Shown piece after piece: positions 9,102-18,973 of a stretch of DNA of 64,000 bases (the first letter of the stretch is position 1; each line of letters starts with the position of its first letter). The DNA lies in contig JAABSE010000011.1 of the NCBI GenBank assembly GCA_011390575.1, positions 102-64,101 on the forward strand. The letters are read 5' to 3'. Both the position numbers and the translations under genes were made by a program. The notes below the pieces were generated by a model, which was not told the DNA's origin, did no database searches, and was given only the letters and a program-made list of their open reading frames with translations. The stretch comes from Sphingobacteriia bacterium (GTDB taxonomy: Bacteria; Bacteroidota; Bacteroidia; Bacteroidales; UBA7960).

Positions 9102-9461
9102 AATTTGCGTTTTAATAAATGCGTTTAAATTCAAAGTTGCTACTAATGTAATCAAAATTGCCGTCGAATGCAACTTCTGTGTGGATTGATGTACAGGGCT
9201 TTCCCCCCCCCTCTCAAAATACTCTCATCAGAAATAACTGGCAGAAAATGTAATTCTCAGCCACCTATAATCAGACGGACCAGCGTCAGGCGCTTGAGGG
9301 CATTTAATTTTGTTGTACTGTTATTTGAAAAATTTCTGTTAAAATTAACAAATAACGTAATATAAAATTTATATTTGAAGAAAAATTGAAAATTCATCGG
9401 GAGGATGTGGCGAAACGATGTTTAAAGTATCGTATGTTTGTAATACTAATAATACTCCAGT

Positions 9462-10703
9462 ATGAAGATAAAATTATTGGTTATTAGTTTAGTATTGTCT
9501 GGGATTCAGGTTCTTTCTCAGCAAAATCCTGCTTTGGAATTCTTTAAAGCAGGGGAAGAGTTAATGGAAAACCATAAGTTTGAAGAGGCGATAGAGCCTT
9601 TTAGTAAAGCTATTGACCTCAATCCCGCAAACATTACTTTTTTTTACCACAGAGGTTATAGCTTTTTTAAATTAAGGGACTATCAAAGTGCGCGCAGCGA
9701 TTTTAAAATTTGTGTGGGAGTGGTTCCCAACGATCCTGATTACAATTTCTTTTTGGGCTTGAGCGAAAGCAAATTAGATAATTTTGTTGAAGCACTGAAA
9801 TACTTCAATACAGCAATTTCTATGAATAAAAGTAAGTATGAATATTTCTTTCATCGTGGCATTGTGCATCTTAAGAAAAGAGACTATAAATCTTCGCTAT
9901 CCGACTTTAATTCTTCAATTGCTATAAATCCTAATCATATTTTGTCTTATTATAACAGAGGACTAGCAAATTATAAACTGGGAAGAAATGATAATGCTTG
10001 TATTGATTGGAAAATAGCATTAGATGCTGATGCAAATTTATCTGTAAAATATTATAATAAAATTTGTCCTCAGGTAAATCTGGATGAATGGCATGAACTG
10101 CATAACACTCCGAACGATAATATTGTAATTAAACCTGCTTTTCAAGGGGGTAATATGGATAGTTTTACAGAGTATGTCATGAAGAACTTACAATACCCCG
10201 GGAATTCTTCCTTTCAGCTAAATGAAGGAAGAGTTATTTCTCGATTCGTTGTGGGTGCAAAGGGAAGTATTGATGGAGTTGAGATTCTTCAATCAGCTTC
10301 AAAAGAGCTTGATGAAGAAGTAAAGCGCGTGATTGAAGCTTCCGGCAGATTGTGGGATGGTGGTACGGTCAATGGGATACCTTCAGATTTTAAGTTAACA
10401 ATCTCTTTGAAATTTATGTTTGCAGAAAAGCAATATAAAATAGAAGAATATGAAGCATCAGGGGATGATTCCTTCGCAAAAAATGATTTTGATTCTGCCA
10501 TAAACTTTTATACTAAAGCTTTAGAACTTGATTCAAGTAATGTTGAAATCCATAAAAAGAGAATTGCAGCCCTTGTAAAAAGAGGTAGTCCTATTCCCGC
10601 TGAGATTAATTCTATCGGATTGGACAAGTTTAAAAAAATTTATTACAGGTATAACACTCCTGATGGCATTCATATCCATTCATCCAGTGAAAATATCAGA
10701 TAA
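9462..10703 (+). CDS. secreted TPR-repeat protein with an embedded TonB_C-like domain
   Basis: Signal peptide. TPR pattern (...AIEPFSKAIDLNPANITFFYHRGYSFFKLRDYQSA...). Central TonB C-terminal-like module (...PAFQGGNMDSFTEYVMKNLQYP...GRVISRFVVGAKGSIDGVEIL...). A TPR follows at the C-terminus. Confidence 0.65.
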   Translation: MKIKLLVISLVLSGIQVLSQQNPALEFFKAGEELMENHKFEEAIEPFSKAIDLNPANITFFYHRGYSFFKLRDYQSARSDFKICVGVVPNDPDYNFFLGLSESKLDNFVEALKYFNTAISMNKSKYEYFFHRGIVHLKKRDYKSSLSDFNSSIAINPNHILSYYNRGLANYKLGRNDNACIDWKIALDADANLSVKYYNKICPQVNLDEWHELHNTPNDNIVIKPAFQGGNMDSFTEYVMKNLQYPGNSSFQLNEGRVISRFVVGAKGSIDGVEILQSASKELDEEVKRVIEASGRLWDGGTVNGIPSDFKLTISLKFMFAEKQYKIEEYEASGDDSFAKNDFDSAINFYTKALELDSSNVEIHKKRIAALVKRGSPIPAEINSIGLDKFKKIYYRYNTPDGIHIHSSSENIR

Positions 10704-10965
10704 TGATCAACTTGCAACAACAGCAAATATGTTTTACGAATTAATTTTAAAGAAACAATGTAATTGAAAAGGGTTGGTGAAATGAGGCGGACCTATAAAA
10801 CAATTAAAAATTATTGAAAATGAACCGAGCCATGACAAAAGTTTTGACACATCGCGGTTGATTATAATTTCTCAACAAGGCATAAAGTACAATACCGATA
10901 TTGGTGGCTAGCTCTCCACGCATGCGCGGGACAGGCATCTGACCACTTTAATAAAATTATAACAG

Positions 10966-12012
10966 ATGAAACAGGTTTTAATAAGTATTTTCGTATTAAT
11001 ATTAATCAACGGTAAATCTTTTGGCCAGGAAACAGTACGGCTTTTTTTGAATGAGAATTTTGAAAGCACTGATAGTTTAAATGCATCCTATATCAGGGAA
11101 GCGACTATTATCAATGAACACTATCATATTACAGATTATAATATAAATGGGGAAATTATTCATTATGGTGAATATATTTCTGTAAATCCATGGATTGAAG
11201 ATGGGGTGACCAAAAACTACAGCGCACCCGGCGTATTATACTCAGAAGGTAATTATGACAACGGACAGATAACAGGGGAGTGGCTTTATTATAATGCTTT
11301 TGAACAGTCTGTAGATACTGTTTATTATGACTGGGATAAAATTAATTCCATAACCGGGGATTGTTATCCGGATGATAAAAAATTGAAGTATAACAGGAGG
11401 GAATCCAGGGAAATTGAAACGATAGTGGATGCTTTTACTGAATTTTTTCACAGCAATATTCACTTTCCGGCCCGCACACAAAGAGATGAATTAGGCAGCT
11501 ACGCATCTATTTATTTTGTAATGGAAGATCATGGCAGGATAAGGTGCCTGAACATACACCGTATTGAAGATGCCGATTTAATAGCTGAAGTGCAGAGGGT
11601 TGTGTCTGAGTTCAATTATACCAAAAGCTCAAAGAAACCCTTGAAAATTAATCTCTCATGGACATTTGATGATTACGCACAGGAAAATGATACTCTTTCA
11701 GAAGTTGACAGACAAATGCCAACTTTTTCGGGTGGAGGGTTTAGCCGCTTTGAGAACTATATCTACGCGAATATGATTTATCCCGAGCATACGGGTAATA
11801 TGGGAATTCAAGGGACAGTTATTGTGAGGTTTTTTGTTGAAACGGATGGAAGTGTATCCAATGTAGAAATAATGAAAAGTGTAGACCCTTATTTAGATGC
11901 TGAAGTCTTAAGAGTGGTAAAGGCAAGTCCCCGGTGGGAACCTGGTAAAGAGGATGGTGAGCCCGCAAGAATGTTTATGATGTTCCCGGTTCGTTTTAGC
12001 ATTAAATATTAG
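10966..12012 (+). CDS. secreted MORN/YwqK-repeat protein with two TonB_C-like domains
   Basis: Signal peptide. MORN-variant repeat (...YSEGNYDNGQITGEWLYYN...). Canonical TonB_C at the C-terminus (...PTFSGGGFSRFENYIYANMIYPEH...GTVIVRFFVETDGSVSNVEIMKSVDPYLDAEVLRVV...). Confidence 0.65.
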   Translation: MKQVLISIFVLILINGKSFGQETVRLFLNENFESTDSLNASYIREATIINEHYHITDYNINGEIIHYGEYISVNPWIEDGVTKNYSAPGVLYSEGNYDNGQITGEWLYYNAFEQSVDTVYYDWDKINSITGDCYPDDKKLKYNRRESREIETIVDAFTEFFHSNIHFPARTQRDELGSYASIYFVMEDHGRIRCLNIHRIEDADLIAEVQRVVSEFNYTKSSKKPLKINLSWTFDDYAQENDTLSEVDRQMPTFSGGGFSRFENYIYANMIYPEHTGNMGIQGTVIVRFFVETDGSVSNVEIMKSVDPYLDAEVLRVVKASPRWEPGKEDGEPARMFMMFPVRFSIKY

Positions 12013-12106
12013 GTGTCAATTGTTAAATTTACCCTGGCATTTCTTTTCACTACGCTTTCTTGTATCAATGCAGACAAATATTAGTCCGAACCCAAGCTGC
12101 AATAAT

Positions 12107-12751
12107 ATGAAAAAAGTATACTTAATTATGATTTCTTTATTGGTATTTCATTCCTGTAAAAAGGACGAAATAACAATTGATTATTATCCGTTAAATATTG
12201 GTAATTATTGGGTTTACGGGCATGATTGGGATGGTATGAGTGGTAGTGGATATGATTATCTAACCATTGATAGTATCTTCATTCAAAATGATACTATTAT
12301 CAATGGATTTACATATTTTGTAATTGAACGTGCTCCAAATCTATTTAATGAAGACTGGAGTATTGTTGATAACGTAAGAGACTCTTTAGGTTACATTGTT
12401 AATTGTAAAGGAGACATACTTTTCTCATCAACAAACTTTACTGACATCCTTTTTACTGAGGTTACCCTGTTGGGCTCTGATACATTTTATGTTGCATCTT
12501 ATCAAATGGAAGAGCCCGATTATAACATAAAAGTGCCGGCTGGCAGTTTTCGTGTTTTAAACTATAAGGGTACCGTTATAGAAAACGATAATATATTTCC
12601 ACCATGGGTTGAGTTATTCAACAAGGTGAAAAATAACTACTATGCAATGGGCATCGGGAAAGTTCAGGATTCTTACTTGTTAGCGGGAGGTCAGGGCGAG
12701 GCCCGTATTATGCACAGAAAGTTATTACGTTATAATATTGTGGCTAAATAA
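12107..12751 (+). CDS. hypothetical lipoprotein
   Basis: The ATG at 12107 gives MKKVYLIMISLLVFHSCKKDE (lipobox). The ORF-track TTG start at 12020 is unlikely. No family was recognised. Confidence 0.5.
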   Translation: MKKVYLIMISLLVFHSCKKDEITIDYYPLNIGNYWVYGHDWDGMSGSGYDYLTIDSIFIQNDTIINGFTYFVIERAPNLFNEDWSIVDNVRDSLGYIVNCKGDILFSSTNFTDILFTEVTLLGSDTFYVASYQMEEPDYNIKVPAGSFRVLNYKGTVIENDNIFPPWVELFNKVKNNYYAMGIGKVQDSYLLAGGQGEARIMHRKLLRYNIVAK

Positions 12752-13045
12752 TTTACTTAATAAATGGTCAAAACCACACGGAAGAAGTGAGTAGGATATT
12801 CTGGGATATTTTGGAGCAACCTTACTGTTAAACACAACAGATGTCTTATGCTATAGAAAAAAATGTTCGCCTGGTAATGAGAAGCATTGTAAAGTCAAAA
12901 CAGAATGGAGGATTTTAAAAATCTAATTGAAAGATTTGAAAATAAATAGTTTTATTTCCCAATATACAAAAGCTCGATTGGCTGTTCTGAGAATGCTACA
13001 CCCCGCATTTACGGCAACCGGGTTTCATTATTAACCCATTTGAGC

Positions 13046-13081
13046 AAAAAAAGCAGAAGCCCATCCGGACTTCTGCTTTTT
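13046..13081. terminator. bidirectional intrinsic terminator (convergent lipoprotein gene / S8 protease gene)
   Basis: Stem gcagaag / cttctgc (13053-13059 / 13070-13076) extended by A:T pairs. An A-run lies on the left and TTTT on the right. Confidence 0.65.
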
Positions 13082-13122
13082 GCTTGTATGTGAAAATATT
13101 TCCGGCTCTGCCGGTATGTTCG

Positions 13123-16100
13123 CTATTGAATTACTACTTTCTTCATAATTCCTGTGTTACCGATGCGTAGCATGTATACTCCGGGCAGGATTCCTTCCAG
13201 TTCCAGTGAGGTTTTGATATGTCCGCTTTCGTGGATGGTTTGCTCCGTTACTTTGCTGCCTCCCATACTGTATAATGCGATTTGCAGCTCTTCCTGCCCC
13301 TCATGGAGAAGTTCAATCCAGAGTTTGTCGTGGGCGGGGTTGGGGTATAAGGTTAGTCCATAAGTATCTGTAATGGCATGGACAGACGTTGCTTCACTAA
13401 AGTGAGCTACCAGATGAATGTGCATCGGAATCATAAACGTGAAGATTGTCTCTTCCGATGCAATAAATTCTCCGTCAGCATCCTCCCAGTGAAGGAACTC
13501 ATAGTTCTCCGCTGGTATGGCTTCTATGGTAACATCTTCATAATGTTCATATACGCCCGCACCTGTAACCGTCCCGCCTTCCAAAGGTTCTGCAGTTAAT
13601 TCCAGCTCATACTGATACAGGGCAAAAACAACATGGATTTGGTGGTCAGAAATTACATTGTTGAGCACAAGTCGCAGGTAATCTGGTCCCGATTCTACCT
13701 GTTCCATTACAGAAGTGCCATCCAGCAAAACATCCACGAGTTCGCCGCCTTCCACATGAGCCATATGAAGGGTGAAGTCTTCTCCATGCTCAACAATAGC
13801 CAGTTCTTCCGGATCGGTTTCTCCGGGGCCTTCACTGGTAATGGTAATGCTATAGGATGGTGATTCTGTAGTAAAGGAAACCGGGCCACCCCATTCACTG
13901 GTGTAATTTGTCTGACACACGGCCCTCACATATGCCTGATAGGCTGTTGAGTGGTCAAGATCCTGAATGACATAAGGAGTTTCGGTAATATCTTCGATGA
14001 GAATTCCTTCGGATTCCGCATCAAAACCTTCTTCACCGTAAAGGATCTCCCAGCTGGTTTCATCTCCCTGGGGTGTCCAGGATATCTCAATGCTGCTGGT
14101 GGTGGGCAATAGAGCGGTAATATCTGCAGGCGTAAGGCAATCTTCCAGCAATTCCTGGTAAACAACCAGGTCATCTACACTCCAGCCATTGATACTGAAA
14201 GAACTTTCACCATGTGCCCTGAAACGGATCTGGAACATTTGTCCCTGCATATCCGGTATCAGCAGTCCGGTCACAACATGTTCCTGATCTCCGCCGCCAA
14301 CACCTTCATTGGTGTATGTCTCCAGTGTTGCCCATTCATCTGCATCGAAGGCTTTGTATTCAACCGACATCTGTTCCAGGTTGTTGTTATTGTAGTTGTT
14401 GAGGAACAACACAAAGTCAACTTTTACTGACTCTTCCAGGTTGCTCGCATCCAGCAAGGGGCTGGTCAGGGAGAATGAATACCCTACCTGTGAGGGGCTC
14501 CAGTTAAAAGTGGCATGAGGTGCACCGCTGACAGAGGATGGCGGGGGATAGGTGGACCCAAAGCCCCAGTTGCCCTGGCCATTGGGGAAAGACCAGCATT
14601 CTAATGAACCTGCGTCAAAAGCCTCTGTAAAAGGCAGTGTGAATATATCGCAAATGGTAGAGAAGCTTGCCGGTCCGGTCCAGATACTGATATCTTCATC
14701 GCCGCAAATGGCACGCACATACACATCGTATGGGGTTACATTTTCCAATCCTTCCAGCAGAAATTCCGACTGGGTAAGATCGCTGACCAGCGTACCACTA
14801 TTGTCAGGGTTAAAGCCTGCTGGTCCCCAGCTAAGTTCCCAGGTGGTTTCCTGTCCAACAGGAGTCCACTCCACGAAAGCCGAAGCAGCTGTTATTTGAG
14901 AAACCTGTAAATCAACTGGTGCCGGGCAGGTGGCAAGGGTCTGGAAGCTCAGTGGGCCATGCCACAGGCTCAGGTCGTTATCCCCGCAATCGGCTCTTAC
15001 ATATACCTGGTAAGAAGTAAAGGTGGACAATCCGTCCAGAAAATATGTAGTGGCAGAGAGGCCTTCTACCAGTGTACCCTCACTTTCGGGGTCAAAGCCG
15101 GGGCTTCCCCATACCAAATCCCACAGGGTTTCTTCTCCTACTGCTTCCCAGGTGATGTCTGCACTGTTGGACGTCAGGTTGCTAACGGCCAGTTCAGTGG
15201 GTTGGGGGCAGGAGAAGGAATATACATTGAAATTATCAATGACCCAGTGATTGAGGTTGTAGGAGTTTTCTCCCTGGGCCTTGAATCTTATCATAAAGGT
15301 TTCGTTCAATGCCCAGGGTGTAATATCCACAAAATGGGTTTCCCAGGTTATATCGCCTTCGCTGTTGTCAAAGGTCAGCACATCGGTCCATTCATCACCT
15401 GAACCCACCTGTACTATCATCTCTTCCAACGTGTTGGAGCTGTAATTGTTAAGAAATAAATCAAATTCCAGGGCGATAGCACTTCCGGGAATGTTTCCAT
15501 CCAGCGGAGGGCTTTCCAGGGCAAACTCATAGTTGGTAACCGAAGGGCTCCAGTTGAATTCAATGGCCGGGGCCGGGTTCCCGCGGGAGGATTCCATTTT
15601 CCAGTTGCCTGGTCCGTCGGGAAATGCCCAGCAGTATGGGATGTCTCCTGAACTGAACGGTTCGAATACAGGCAAGACTGTAACGCCACACTGGGTGTAG
15701 GTATGTGCAGTGCGACCCATGGAATATTTCACCTCAGCGTCAACAGACCATAATTTATAGTAATATAATGTAGCGGCATTGAGTTCGGTATGTTCGAAAG
15801 AGGCAGTGTCGCCCACGAATAAAACTGTACCGCCACCCTCAATGTTATCGCCTGCTGTGTAGGTTGTTCCTTCCTGGGGTATGCCGAATGTGCCGTTGGG
15901 GCTCCATGCCAGCATTACAATGTCTCCGGCATCATTTTGGTTCCAGCTGAGATCAATTTGTGAATCACTCGAACCAAATGCCGTAAAATCGGAAGGATTG
16001 GAAGGCAGGGTCAGGTAAAGTTGTGAGAGAACCACTGCCGTGTGGGCATTGAGTCTTCCGGCTCCCAGTTGCCCGATAAAACCCGGGTTGGAACCGTAAT

Positions 16101-17511
16101 GGTTGTCGGTGGTATTGATCAGAATATCAGCCACATCTTCGGGCGAAAATTCGCCATAAACAGCCGAAAGCATGAGGGCTGCTACCCCTGATACGTGCGG
16201 GCAGGCCATGGAGGTACCCTGGTAATAGCCATACTGGTTGCCGTTGAGCGTACTCAGTACGCCTCTTTCGGTAACAGTATTGGTTTCTCCTCCCGGAGCC
16301 GAAATGTCAATCCAGTCTCCATAATTGGAGTACCATGATTTGGCATCCTGGTTATTGGTAGCCGCGACAGAAAAGCAACCCGAGTAATACCCCGGATAGT
16401 AATCTGCAGATGAATCGCTGTTTCCTGCAGCAAATATGGTGATACCACCGTCCATGGCCTCCCCTCCTCCGTTTACATTGAAGTAATCGATGGCATCGAG
16501 TACATTTTGCTCAAAAAAGCCGGAAGAGGTGTAGCCCCATGAGTTCTGGCTGATGGCCGCTCCGTTGTCGGCCGCATAAACGGGTGCAAGATGAAAGCCG
16601 CCGTTGCTGCCGGAAGTAAAAACCTGGCAAGACATCAGTCTTACCCCGTCATTTTCGCCTGAGCCACCGGCAACTCCGCCAACTCCGATGTTATTGTTAC
16701 TCACAGCAGCAATGGTTCCTGCCACGTGGGTGCCGTGATTGTGGGGTTCAATGGTGGGTGTGTCATCAACAAAGTTATAACCGATTTGCGGCCACATATT
16801 GCCGGTCAGATCATTATGATTATGGTCTATTCCACCATCAACGATGGCCACAATCACAGCCGTATCTCCCTTTTCCAGTTCCCAGGCCTGGGTAAGACTG
16901 ATGTCTTTGCCCGGGGTGCCGTTTTGCTGTCCGGTATTATGATAGTGCCATTGATTGTCGAACTGGGGATCGTTGGGGGTCCATTTTGCGGACTTCCTGA
17001 GCTTTTCGCGATCAATAAAACGGAAGTCACTCTCCTCGTGTGTGCCGATGATTTCCTTTACCAGCACGGGTTCAGCAATTTCTATTTCTCTCAGTTGAGC
17101 ATATTGTTCAATCACTGAAGGGATATCTGCTTTTTCGTCCAGCTCCAGTCGGTACCATAGGTGAAAGCCCCAGGCTTTGTGTCTTTCTGTAAAGCTGTTT
17201 TTCAGGGCACCGGAATTGAAATGCTGCCGGGCAGATTTTACACCGTACATTTTGTTAAGCCTGTCGAGTTGTGGAATGTGAAATTGCACGGTTCCATCCT
17301 TGTCGGTTGACATCGGATTTTGCTCCAGGTGCTTTGCATAATCCACCCTGAATTTTATCACAAGTTCTCCCTTGTGATAGTCAGTTTCTTTTAGCTGTTG
17401 GTAGTTGAGTACGGGTCTTTCTCCCCGTATTACGCGGTAATTCTCCCCGCCATAGAGCCATGTTCCGGTTGAGAGAAACATGAGAAGAAGGTAAAATAAT
17501 CTAACATGCAT
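13123..17511 (-). CDS. multidomain S8 (subtilisin-like) serine protease, T9SS cargo
   Basis: Signal peptide and propeptide. Catalytic triad VAIVDGGID / HGTHVAGTIAA / GTSMACPHVSG. Three FN3-like modules (CPQPTELAV..., CPAPVDLQV..., CLTPADITA...) alternate with MAM/choice-of-anchor-J-like modules. Two Listeria-Bacteroides-type repeats follow. The C-terminal sorting domain is LTLYPNPAHDKLWIEL...MLRIGNTGIMKKVVIQ. Confidence 0.9.
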   Translation of the reverse strand: MHVRLFYLLLMFLSTGTWLYGGENYRVIRGERPVLNYQQLKETDYHKGELVIKFRVDYAKHLEQNPMSTDKDGTVQFHIPQLDRLNKMYGVKSARQHFNSGALKNSFTERHKAWGFHLWYRLELDEKADIPSVIEQYAQLREIEIAEPVLVKEIIGTHEESDFRFIDREKLRKSAKWTPNDPQFDNQWHYHNTGQQNGTPGKDISLTQAWELEKGDTAVIVAIVDGGIDHNHNDLTGNMWPQIGYNFVDDTPTIEPHNHGTHVAGTIAAVSNNNIGVGGVAGGSGENDGVRLMSCQVFTSGSNGGFHLAPVYAADNGAAISQNSWGYTSSGFFEQNVLDAIDYFNVNGGGEAMDGGITIFAAGNSDSSADYYPGYYSGCFSVAATNNQDAKSWYSNYGDWIDISAPGGETNTVTERGVLSTLNGNQYGYYQGTSMACPHVSGVAALMLSAVYGEFSPEDVADILINTTDNHYGSNPGFIGQLGAGRLNAHTAVVLSQLYLTLPSNPSDFTAFGSSDSQIDLSWNQNDAGDIVMLAWSPNGTFGIPQEGTTYTAGDNIEGGGTVLFVGDTASFEHTELNAATLYYYKLWSVDAEVKYSMGRTAHTYTQCGVTVLPVFEPFSSGDIPYCWAFPDGPGNWKMESSRGNPAPAIEFNWSPSVTNYEFALESPPLDGNIPGSAIALEFDLFLNNYSSNTLEEMIVQVGSGDEWTDVLTFDNSEGDITWETHFVDITPWALNETFMIRFKAQGENSYNLNHWVIDNFNVYSFSCPQPTELAVSNLTSNSADITWEAVGEETLWDLVWGSPGFDPESEGTLVEGLSATTYFLDGLSTFTSYQVYVRADCGDNDLSLWHGPLSFQTLATCPAPVDLQVSQITAASAFVEWTPVGQETTWELSWGPAGFNPDNSGTLVSDLTQSEFLLEGLENVTPYDVYVRAICGDEDISIWTGPASFSTICDIFTLPFTEAFDAGSLECWSFPNGQGNWGFGSTYPPPSSVSGAPHATFNWSPSQVGYSFSLTSPLLDASNLEESVKVDFVLFLNNYNNNNLEQMSVEYKAFDADEWATLETYTNEGVGGGDQEHVVTGLLIPDMQGQMFQIRFRAHGESSFSINGWSVDDLVVYQELLEDCLTPADITALLPTTSSIEISWTPQGDETSWEILYGEEGFDAESEGILIEDITETPYVIQDLDHSTAYQAYVRAVCQTNYTSEWGGPVSFTTESPSYSITITSEGPGETDPEELAIVEHGEDFTLHMAHVEGGELVDVLLDGTSVMEQVESGPDYLRLVLNNVISDHQIHVVFALYQYELELTAEPLEGGTVTGAGVYEHYEDVTIEAIPAENYEFLHWEDADGEFIASEETIFTFMIPMHIHLVAHFSEATSVHAITDTYGLTLYPNPAHDKLWIELLHEGQEELQIALYSMGGSKVTEQTIHESGHIKTSLELEGILPGVYMLRIGNTGIMKKVVIQ

Positions 17512-17576
17512 GGTTTTTAGGTTTATAGTTCAACCGTAAAAATAGTCAAATTATTTCTACCAGTATAAATGCAATC

Positions 17577-18911
17577 CTACATAATTTTTTCCATTAATTC
17601 TCCGCTGAGTCGAAAAATGTCCACTTCCAGGCTTTTCAGAGAAAAAAGCAATTCGATTTTCTGGTTTTGTACCCTGAGTGAGGTCAATTGGGCCTGTCTG
17701 AATTCAAATCCACTGATGGCACCGGCCTGCAGTTGCTCTTCTGCAATAACCAGTGAGTTTTCGGCTGCCTTCAGGCTTTGGTCAAGGAGCTTGTATTGTA
17801 TTAAATACGATTCATACCGGTTTAACAGACTTGCCATTTGTGATGTCAGCATCGCCCGCACATCACTGGTGGATAGTTCTGAGCTTTCTTTGGCAAGCAT
17901 TGCATTGCGTATCCTTGTATTTTGCTGTCCTCCATCATAAAGGTTAAACCGCACCCTTACTCCATACTGGCCTCCCAATGCAGTGGAGGTTTCCAGGAAA
18001 CCTACTTCATTGGTTTGATTAGAATACGAGTAATTGCCAAACAAACTTACTACCGGATAGCGTGCCGATCGTTCTATTCTTACTGTTGTTTCGGCAACCA
18101 ATTCTTCCAGGCGGGCCCTCTCTAAATCCAGGTTACTGGCAAGAGCTTTTTCCACCAGTTCATCCATCAAACCCACCCCGGTTAAATCAACTGCAGATGC
18201 AGCAGGAGTAAAATCAAAGCCCGGTTCACGAAGGGTAATCCGGTTGATTTGTATTTGCAGTTCTCTTACCTGCATGGCTCTCATGGCCACCATGGCGCTG
18301 TCGGAGTTGTAGTCAATCAATGCCTGCTGGTATAGCAATGCATTGCCGGTACCTACATTTTGTTTTTGTTCTTCCAGTTGCAAGCGGAAGGCAGAAACTT
18401 CCAGCGATTTCTTCACCGTTTCCAGTACCTGGTTTTCCATCAAAAGCTGATAATACAGCCGGGTAATATCGGCCACGGTTTGCTCAATAAAATACCGCGT
18501 ATCGTTATTGCTTAGCTGTTCAAGGTGCGACAATCGGTCGCGTTGTGCAAACATCCTGAAGCCGTCAAATATCGTCCAGTTGAGTTCAATAATGGCGTCC
18601 TGTCGGGTACTGCGGGCATTGTCGCCGCTACGAATATCTCCGTTGAAGAAACTCTGCTCCGTATTCTGAATGCCCTGAAAAACATCTCCTCTCAAATCAA
18701 TGGATGGCAAAAAACCGGCATTGCCCAAATTGTTGTTGTTTTGGGCCATTTGCCCGGTATTGCGGAGTACCTGAAGCTGGTAGTTTTCCTGCAATGTTCG
18801 GTCAATAAGCTCTTTCAGCGATAAAGTCTGCTGCGAAGAGACCGGAAGCGTAAAAACAATCAACAGGAGCAAAAGTATGAAGCCCTGGTTTCTGAATATG
18901 GTTTGGTTCAT
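17577..18911 (-). CDS. TolC-family outer-membrane efflux protein
   Basis: 444 aa with a signal peptide and an internally duplicated coiled-coil/beta pattern. It is the last gene of the RND operon. Confidence 0.85.
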   Translation of the reverse strand: MNQTIFRNQGFILLLLLIVFTLPVSSQQTLSLKELIDRTLQENYQLQVLRNTGQMAQNNNNLGNAGFLPSIDLRGDVFQGIQNTEQSFFNGDIRSGDNARSTRQDAIIELNWTIFDGFRMFAQRDRLSHLEQLSNNDTRYFIEQTVADITRLYYQLLMENQVLETVKKSLEVSAFRLQLEEQKQNVGTGNALLYQQALIDYNSDSAMVAMRAMQVRELQIQINRITLREPGFDFTPAASAVDLTGVGLMDELVEKALASNLDLERARLEELVAETTVRIERSARYPVVSLFGNYSYSNQTNEVGFLETSTALGGQYGVRVRFNLYDGGQQNTRIRNAMLAKESSELSTSDVRAMLTSQMASLLNRYESYLIQYKLLDQSLKAAENSLVIAEEQLQAGAISGFEFRQAQLTSLRVQNQKIELLFSLKSLEVDIFRLSGELMEKIM

Positions 18912-18973
18912 AAGTATTAGATTGATATTTCTTAATCAATGACAGGGAAGCTTCTTTGGGAATTACCTTATCG

